Source: Ostreococcus tauri (taxonomy: Eukaryota). Taken from it: a DNA stretch of 32,000 bases. The notes below the pieces were generated by a model. It had not been told where the DNA came from. It saw nothing but the letters and a program-made list of their open reading frames with translations, and ran no database searches. The position numbers were made by a program, and so were the translations under genes. Location: contig CAID01000002.2 of NCBI GenBank assembly GCA_000214015.2, positions 100,624 through 132,623 of the forward strand, written 5' to 3'. Positions 26,290 to 32,000 of this stretch are shown here, in pieces. The first letter of the stretch is position 1, and every line of letters starts with the position of its first letter.

Positions 26290-27357
26290 ATGCCGATGTT
26301 CTCGCGCAAGGTCAAATCAAAAGCACGAACGGCTTCATCTCCGCCCAAGGATACCCCCGCGGTCGATCGGGAAGAGCCCAGCACTTCGTCCTCCGTCGTC
26401 GAGTCGTCCGCGATTCCAACGATATTGGCCCAAGCCGCGCCCGCGATCATCGGCGCGAGCCGCCTGGCTGCCCAGAGCGAGCCCTACGCCGTCGCCGCGT
26501 TCGAAGGATGCCGGAGAGCGTGGCGAACGCTTCAACCGTACCACCCGCAGGAGTTCGGACCGGCGATCGTGGGATTTCTCCTGTGCTTCTTCGGTGGATA
26601 TTTTGCCACTCTCACGGCGGCGGTGGAGGCGTATCGAATCACCGGGTACACGAGCACGCGAAGCGCGCTGGTGATACTGTGGCGAAACATCGAGGCGGCG
26701 CAGCGAGCAAACCTGAAGGACGACGAGTTGGATGAGGACAACAACGGTATACCGGACACGCAGGAGATTGGCACTCGCGCGCTGGTGATTCGAAAGTGCG
26801 GTGTCATCGCCAAGGCGGTCGACCCCGAACAGCTTAGCGATGCGCTGGGTTCGATTTACATGGGCTTTGTTGCAGTCGTAGCGACGTTGCGCGTGCACTT
26901 CGCCGCGTGCGTCTCGCTTGGAGTCGCGGTGGGGGACATCGTGCACAACATCGTGGACGAGAACCTCACGCCGGCGCTGATGATGAGCACGCCGAAGGAG
27001 TATCAGAAATGGGTCGGGCCCGGGGTGAGATACGCGTGTAAAATCGTCGGCGTCGTAGCGGCGTGGTTGGTGCAACAAGCGATCACGGCGTATCATTCAG
27101 CGACGCGCGGCGCTCAGCTCCTCGTCAGAGGACTCCTCACGTACCTCGTTCGCCACAAGTACCTCTCTCCGAACTCGATCGACGAGAAGGGCACGGTCTT
27201 CAACTTGACCATTTTCGTCATCGCCATGACCGGATTCTGGACGCAGATCATGTACGCCTTCAAGCTTCCTTTTCCGCTCAACATCTTACTTATTCCCGTT
27301 CGGTTGGCCGAGTTCTGCCTTCGACTGTGTGTCGGCACCATGTCCAACGACCGCTGA
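26290..27357 (+). CDS. Hypothetical multi-pass membrane protein
   Basis: Uninterrupted 355-aa ORF starting at ATG 26290, only 66 bp after the GNAT stop. It has several long hydrophobic stretches: FGPAIVGFLLCFFGGYFATLTAAV, SIYMGFVAVVATLRVHFAACVSLGVAV, ACKIVGVVAAWLVQQAI, FNLTIFVIAMTGFWTQIMYAF and LNILLIPVRLAEFCL. No family recognised. The 253-aa ORF on the opposite strand is Arg-rich and treated as a shadow. Confidence 0.5.
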   Translation: MPMFSRKVKSKARTASSPPKDTPAVDREEPSTSSSVVESSAIPTILAQAAPAIIGASRLAAQSEPYAVAAFEGCRRAWRTLQPYHPQEFGPAIVGFLLCFFGGYFATLTAAVEAYRITGYTSTRSALVILWRNIEAAQRANLKDDELDEDNNGIPDTQEIGTRALVIRKCGVIAKAVDPEQLSDALGSIYMGFVAVVATLRVHFAACVSLGVAVGDIVHNIVDENLTPALMMSTPKEYQKWVGPGVRYACKIVGVVAAWLVQQAITAYHSATRGAQLLVRGLLTYLVRHKYLSPNSIDEKGTVFNLTIFVIAMTGFWTQIMYAFKLPFPLNILLIPVRLAEFCLRLCVGTMSNDR

Positions 27358-27940
27358 CCCGACCGACGCACTGAGATTGCGTCGATCGATCGCTCATCAT
27401 GAATCATCGTCAATGACCCTGACTCCGCACTTGTATCGGGCTAGCTGATTTCTGCACCAGCCGAATTTCTGGTACGTACCAGCTGTACCTGCCGAATTTC
27501 CGATCGCCCAACTCGTATGGACAAACAGTATCGACCGGCTGGTACAAGTTGGTACGAGCAGGTACCAATGTGACTAGTCGACGAGAACCGCGACGAGAAC
27601 CGACTTATTCCGCGCACTGTGTCTACGTATCGATTTCGTCTTCTACTCTTTGTACGGCGTTCCTTCTCTTGACGTGCTAACGTGCGATTTGAGCGCTTCT
27701 ACCGCCCGTGGGATGACTGGCGTCGAGTGAACGCGGCTGATATGCACCGCGTGTACGGTCCCAACTTCGACGTCGCGAACTATACGTATGCTCCGGAGCC
27801 GCTGAATATCAACCTCATACTTTGCATCAAACACGGAGTGCTCTAGCGAAGCATTTCGAATATCATTTCGAAGCGCTGCGAGATAGTGAGGAACACGAAG
27901 TTCTCAATGAAATAGCGCAACTGTAAGTTTGTAAGTCGTG

Positions 27941-28384
27941 CTAGGTTGGGTAAAATCAGCATCACGATCTGCATCACGACCCGAAACTTCGTGATGGGCG
28001 TCAGCATCACGACCGTCACGTCGTGATGCCACCTTGGGAAATTGTCCGAGTGTCCGAATTTACACAAAAAAATACATGACAGATGTAATAGAGATATAAT
28101 ATGTGACGCATGGCCTGCACCACTGTTCAAGCTTTCACCAACCGTTTCGACGCGGGGTGCTAGGGTTCGAACAGTGACACATTTTACTTATATCATCGCT
28201 GTATTTCCTCGACATCGGTGCCGACATGTTGTAGTATCAGTCACGCGATGCCTATCAGTGATGTATACCTGTCAATATCAGTAAATAATACTCTTTACAT
28301 ACTCTCAATATAGCATCACGATCTGCATCACGACATCGTGATGCGCACCAGCATCACGACTAGATCGTGATGCCATCAACCTAG
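27941..28384. mobile_element. hAT-like MITE (444 bp), copy 2 (reverse orientation relative to 13897-14243)
   Basis: A perfect 8-bp TSD AAGTCGTG lies at 27933-27940 and 28385-28392. The termini are CTAGGTTGGG...CATCAACCTAG. It is homologous to copy 1 throughout, for example GTCACTGTTC(T/G)AACCCTAGCACCCCGCGTCGA and ACATGTCGGCACCGATGTCGAGGA, with about 100 bp of extra internal sequence. Its subterminal motif is TCGTGATGC, where copy 1 has TCGTGATTT. Confidence 0.65.
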
Positions 28385-28410
28385 AAGTCGTGTGTAAAAT
28401 GACCGAATAA

Positions 28411-28610
28411 TGTAAGCTCAAGTACACTTGGTGATCGCGGCTTAGCGTGTTCTATGCGTAAAGATCTGCCGATTATTAAAAATGGCGAGCCCGTTGACTC
28501 GAACTATAGTCTACATGTCGTGAGTCATAACTCGTCACGTACTCAAGACTCGGGAAGGCTATATAACTGTATTTAGCCTGCAATAATCCTATCCTAACAA
28601 ATAATAATGA
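28411..28610 (+). repeat. Dispersed repeat family TGTAAGCT..., copy 3 (right boundary uncertain, may extend to about 28790)
   Basis: TGTAAGCTCAAGTACACTTGGTGATCGCGGCTTAGCGTGTTCTATGCGTAAAGATCTG...GGAAGGCTATATAACTGTATTTAGCCTGCAATAATCCTA parallels 30147-30335. Downstream, GATAACTTT / GACTAAGAG motifs recur. One block (about 28715-28745) occurs in reverse orientation at about 30645-30680. Confidence 0.55.
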
Positions 28611-28905
28611 TGACATCATGTAAGGGCGACTAAGAGCGCCGATGATAACTTTGACCATAACTCCGACTCAATACAGAGTTATCGTCATTGGGACTAAGAG
28701 CAGAAGGGTTCGATAACTTTACACCCCGAGTTATGCGCAAATGACACAGAGCTCATTTCGATAACTTTGTCTTTGTTGTTACCGGTGCCACGAAAAATAA
28801 AGAATAACACAGGACATCTATGATATGATATCGTGAGCTATATACTCAAAATCTTCCCGAACGAAATGTCCCACATTTATCCTAGCTGCTAGTATGGGAG
28901 TCTCA

Positions 28906-29702
28906 TCAAATAGTTTCAACTGAGTTCTCACATGTGTAGTCCTCGATGATGAAGGTAGTACTACACTCACCCACTGAGTAAAGGTGACTGTGACGATCAT
29001 TGATATTTGTATCTGAAAGCTCAAGGTTTATGAAGTCGCGCGTGTTTTCCTGAAGGATAGTTAAAACAGCGCTGAAAAATCCACATTTGCCAACCTTGAA
29101 TAATGGACCCGCATGCCACGTGCCTTTTTTAAGATTGATCAATGCATTACCTGATGCCATAGACGACTTAGATATGATTTGTGCAGATGCGTTCGAGACT
29201 TACCCGGAACTCGAAACACGCTTATATCGTTGCTCGTCGGAAAAACTGCTTCAGAAAATGTTGCACGTGCCACTGCAATATACCTGGGATCGAGTTAAAA
29301 CGTTCTCGATATCATATAGTTGAATGGCTTACCACACTGCTCCTGAAATAGAGCCCAGCGACTGCGAAGATTTTGCGTGGTAGTTCATCTCTTGAAACGT
29401 CAGGCGCCCACCCTTACTTTGGAGACGCATGATGTATAGGCGGGGAACTCCATCTGCTAGCTCAAGTTGTGCGTCCTTTACGGTATCAGTCGCACAGGAC
29501 GAATGTATCAACATTCAGTGTACCCGTTTGCTTGAAAATTCGGTGCCGTCTTCTTGCCACGTTACGACCTGAGGTATAGTTATAAACCAAGTGCCAGAGA
29601 AAATGGCAACTGCCTTTCCTGTCCGAAATCGACAAAATCGTCCACATTCAGCTGTTGTGGCTTCAGTAATACTGTCGTGCAGTGGACGACCGACGAGCGC
29701 AT
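28906..29702 (-). CDS. Ureidoglycolate lyase (AllA/DAL3, PF04115)-like protein, at least 4 exons; 5' exon structure unresolved
   Basis: The three 3' exons are firm (29204-29283, 28971-29150, 28906-28919). The exon spanning 29333-29514 has a firm 3' donor, but its 5' start is unresolved. The introns are 49 nt (29284-29332, GTAAGC...CCCAG), 53 nt (29151-29203, GTAAGT...ATCAG) and 51 nt (28920-28970, GTGAGT...CTCAG). The spliced reading is ...PRLYIMRLQSKGGRLTFQEMNYHAKSSQSLGSISGAVW|YIAVARATFSEAVFPTSNDISVFRVP|GNALINLKKGTWHAGPLFKVGKCGFFSAVL...HLYSV|VETI*. This matches the AllA blocks (LERHP..SQAF.P, then G.WH.PLF......DF). A likely first exon starts at ATG 29702 (MRSSVVHCTTVLLKPQQLNVDDFVDFGQ, compare L.PL..E.F..YG.VI). 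Its junction to the next exon is ambiguous. Confidence 0.6.
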
Positions 29703-30146
29703 TGTCGGACTACAGAAACGACGCGCTGAAGCACTGTAACTGACGGATTTCGAGCTCCGAGTGAAAGAGTTCATGCGAGTGTTTTTTGTGTTTGATATTG
29801 ATATCTTAAAGGTTCTCGAGCATTTGTTCGGCGTGTTGGCGCGAACGGTTCGGGCACTACCGGGTTCAATACGTGCGCTCGCGAGGCTGTGTGTTGAACG
29901 TTCGACAGCGAGTGTCGACGTTAGCCGAAACAGTGTTAAATTCACTAGGCCTGCTGCATCTGGTACCGGGCCTTATCGAATTCGACTCTTAGGTCGAGCC
30001 GTAACTAGTGGAATTTGCCCAAATGTCCGTTCACTTTAATCACACGAAGTCCGACGCCCTGGTTCACGACCAATGACTATTCCGCTGAGCTTATTCTTGT
30101 TCTTATTCTTATTCTGAAAAGAATAAGAATAGCTATTCCGCGTTTT

Positions 30147-30335
30147 TTGTAAGCTTAAGGTCCCGTGGTGATCGCGTCGTAGCGCGTTCTGTGCGTAAAG
30201 ATCTGATGTTTCATTAAAAGTCTAAGCTAGCTGTCTCGAGCTCTTGAGTCTACACATTATGAGTTGTGACTCGTCATATACTTAGGACTCGTGAAGGCTA
30301 TATAACCATATTTAGCCTGCAATAATCCTAACATT
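30147..30335 (+). repeat. Dispersed repeat family TGTAAGCTTAAGG..., copy 4 (nested in the 30071-30593 element)
   Basis: The first ~93 bp are nearly identical to 17055-17147. The continuation ...GACTCGTGAAGGCTATATAACCATATTTAGCCTGCAATAATCCTAACA parallels 28520-28600. Confidence 0.7.
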
Positions 30336-30408
30336 TTTGCTTAATAAGCTTTCGCTCCTTATTCTGCAAAATTCGTCCCTCGGGCGCGGACGATTCAGGA
30401 TTCGTCAA

Positions 30409-30450
30409 TTAGGGTTTGGTTAGGGTTTGGTTAGGGTTTGGTTAGGGTTT
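30409..30450 (+). repeat. Tandem array of the 11-mer TTAGGGTTTGG (3.8 units), telomere-like
   Basis: TTAGGGTTTGG TTAGGGTTTGG TTAGGGTTTGG TTAGGGTTT read directly from the sequence. It is internal to a transposon, not at a chromosome end. Confidence 0.9.
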
Positions 30451-30872
30451 GACTCCCCGAAATTAAGCGGAATAGCGCGAAAACGTCCGAAAAATTTTCC
30501 TTATAGGGACTATATTCTGATTTTTTGCAGAATAAGAACGGCGTTATTCTTATTCTTATTCTTATTCTGCTAAGCTAAGCGGAATAGTCAGTGTTCACGA
30601 CTCGTGAGCGCGACGAAGTTATCGAAAAGTTATGAAAATCGACTCTTAGTCGTTTGCGCATAACTCGGGGTATAAACTATAAATTTATCCGAGATGCGTA
30701 GCCAGACAGTCCGTAGACTGGAAGAAACTTGAATAGTAGACCGCAGGTACAGCTACAACCCAGCGGCGTGCTGCTGCACAGCCGAGTTCGAATTCACCTC
30801 AATTCGAAGTTGCACCGATAAGAGTGTGTACATATTAATATCAAAGGTCTTCACATTGTGCGCTGTACAGAA

Positions 30873-31898
30873 ATGCCCGAGAAAGTTTCTGCTGAAGAGT
30901 CCACAGAAAAACATCTACCTTGGACAGAAAAGTACCGACCGCTTAATTTGAGTGAGGTTGTGGCGCACGAGACGATCATAGATGTCATCCGCAAATTCGC
31001 GGCTAATGGTCGCCTACCGCATCTGCTATTTCACGGACCGCCGGGCACAGGAAAGACCTCAACGGTGCTGGCACTTACCAGAGAGCTTTATGAGTCAAAT
31101 CACTCTAACATGGTTCTCGAACTGAATGCTTCTGATTCGCGGGGTATCAATATTGTTAGAGATGAGATTCAATCTTTTGCCTCAACTGCTCGTCCATTCT
31201 CTTCAGCCTTCAAACTCGTGATAATGGATGAATGCGATAGCTTGACGAAAGATGCACAGTTTGCACTTCGCAGAATCATGGAAAAGTACGCACAGCACAC
31301 CCGATTTTGTTTGATTTGCAATTATGCATCTAAGATTATCCCGGCAATCCAGAGTAGATGTACCAAATTCCGTTTTGCACCAGTTCCGGCGGAGGCGATG
31401 TTACAACGCTTGCGACATGTTGTTTGCAGCGAGCGAGTTCAAATATCTGGTGCTTCGCTACAAACTATACAGAGGCTTGGCGAAGGTGACATGAGGAGGT
31501 CTCTGAATGTTTTGCAAAGTTTGCATCTAGCTTCGACCAAAATAACCTCGGCAACCATTCATGCAACGACTGGGTTACTTGACAGGTGCGAAGTGCTAGA
31601 ATTTCTCCAAGTCCTCTTTGAGAAGCCAATGAAGTCTATACTTAACCATCTATATCGTTTGAAGCTTGAGAAGAGTTTCGCATTGACGGACCTCATCAAG
31701 GAAATGTCCGAAACTCTCTTCAGCTTGCACATGTCGGTACAGGTTAGGTCACAGTTACTGAAGGGACTCGCTGATGTTGAACACGCGCTGAGTTTTACAA
31801 GCAGCGAAAAAATTCAGACATTATCATTGATATCGATATTCTTACACGTTCGACGTACGCTGACGACATCGGATAACGAAAACCAGCTCTCCATTTAA
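30873..31898 (+). CDS. RFC5: Replication factor C small subunit (human RFC5 / yeast Rfc3 type)
   Basis: Uninterrupted ORF with its first ATG at 30873; the track ORF starts at an upstream GTG. It is colinear with RFC5. Matching blocks are LPWTEKYRP, RLPHLLFHGPPGTGKTSTVLA, MVLELNASDSRGINIVRDEIQSFAST and FKLVIMDECDSLTKDAQFALRRIMEKYAQHTRFCLICNYASKIIPAIQSRCTKFRF. Confidence 0.85.
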   Translation: MPEKVSAEESTEKHLPWTEKYRPLNLSEVVAHETIIDVIRKFAANGRLPHLLFHGPPGTGKTSTVLALTRELYESNHSNMVLELNASDSRGINIVRDEIQSFASTARPFSSAFKLVIMDECDSLTKDAQFALRRIMEKYAQHTRFCLICNYASKIIPAIQSRCTKFRFAPVPAEAMLQRLRHVVCSERVQISGASLQTIQRLGEGDMRRSLNVLQSLHLASTKITSATIHATTGLLDRCEVLEFLQVLFEKPMKSILNHLYRLKLEKSFALTDLIKEMSETLFSLHMSVQVRSQLLKGLADVEHALSFTSSEKIQTLSLISIFLHVRRTLTTSDNENQLSI

Positions 31899-32000
31899 TG
31901 GCTACATTGTTTGCTGTTCTGTTGACAGTATCACATACTGAGCTAGACAAGTGTGTCAAGAAGTGAAGCACGTATATCCCTCACTGCCTTGCTCGAGTCC

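Larger units (their letters stand above)
30071..30593. mobile_element. hAT-like non-autonomous element (523 bp) carrying a nested repeat and a telomere-like array
   Basis: A perfect 8-bp TSD TTCACGAC lies at 30063-30070 and 30594-30601. The 23-bp TIRs are CAATGACTATTCCGCTGAGCTTA (30071-30093) versus the reverse complement of 30571-30593, CACTGACTATTCCGCTTAGCTTA (21/23). Both ends carry TTATTC/GAATAA hexamer runs. The interior holds copy 4 of the TGTAAGCTTAAGG repeat and the 11-mer array at 30409-30450. Confidence 0.6.

Noticed and set aside
27643-27879. Minus-strand open frame ELRVPHYLAALRNDIRNASLEHSVFDAKYEVDIQRLRSIRIVRDVEVGTVHAVHISRVHSTPVIPRAVEALK...* lying just downstream of the hAT MITE at 27941.
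   Set aside because: The sequence looks protein-like, but there is no ATG (the track start is GTG), no recognisable family and no identifiable upstream exon. It could be the last exon of a gene whose intron hosts the MITE. This is unproven.
1-32000. Interpretation of the window as a prokaryotic or phage locus with operons, defence systems or CRISPR.
   Set aside because: Several genes are colinear with their families only after removing GT/GC-AG introns of 48-78 nt. The tRNA-Leu has a canonical eukaryotic intron and a Pol III T-run. The gene content is eukaryote-specific (NDC80, BOP1, UTP18, RBX1, GINS, RFC). The only tandem arrays are an 11-mer (30409-30450) and hexamer runs, with no repeat-spacer structure.

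Overview
This window is eukaryotic nuclear DNA, not a prokaryotic locus. The evidence is short spliceosomal introns of about 48-78 nt, an intron-containing tRNA-Leu(CAA) followed by a Pol III T-run, and typical eukaryotic housekeeping genes. I can support about 17 protein-coding genes. Recognised genes in window order: UTP18-like WD40 protein, PhyH-type dioxygenase, NDC80, BOP1/Erb1, a small ubiquitin-like-domain protein, an STN7/STT7-family kinase with a PDZ-like N-terminus, and a SET(SMYD-like)-TPR-2OG oxygenase fusion. These are followed by RBX1, GINS PSF2, RFC1 (no BRCT region), a GNAT acetyltransferase, a multi-pass membrane protein, a ureidoglycolate-lyase-like protein and the RFC5-type small clamp-loader subunit. 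Genes are tightly packed, with convergent 3' ends 95-113 bp apart and one 12-nt CDS overlap. Almost every larger spacer holds non-autonomous cut-and-paste DNA transposons that still have target-site duplications. These are one PIF/Harbinger-like element (TAA TSD), three hAT-like elements (8-bp TSDs), one Mutator-like element (9-bp TSD), foldback MITEs, perfect palindromes and interstitial TTTAGGG-type telomere-like motifs. That motif type and the gene content fit a stramenopile/oomycete-like or algal lineage, but I cannot identify the organism. I see no CRISPR array, rRNA gene, or prokaryote-style defence or biosynthetic system. The most unusual items are the SET + 2OG-oxygenase fusion, the PDZ-STN7-like kinase, a PSF2 gene readable only across two frame changes, and the dense, apparently recent TE nest next to the tRNA gene. 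All family calls come from remembered conserved motifs; no database search was possible.
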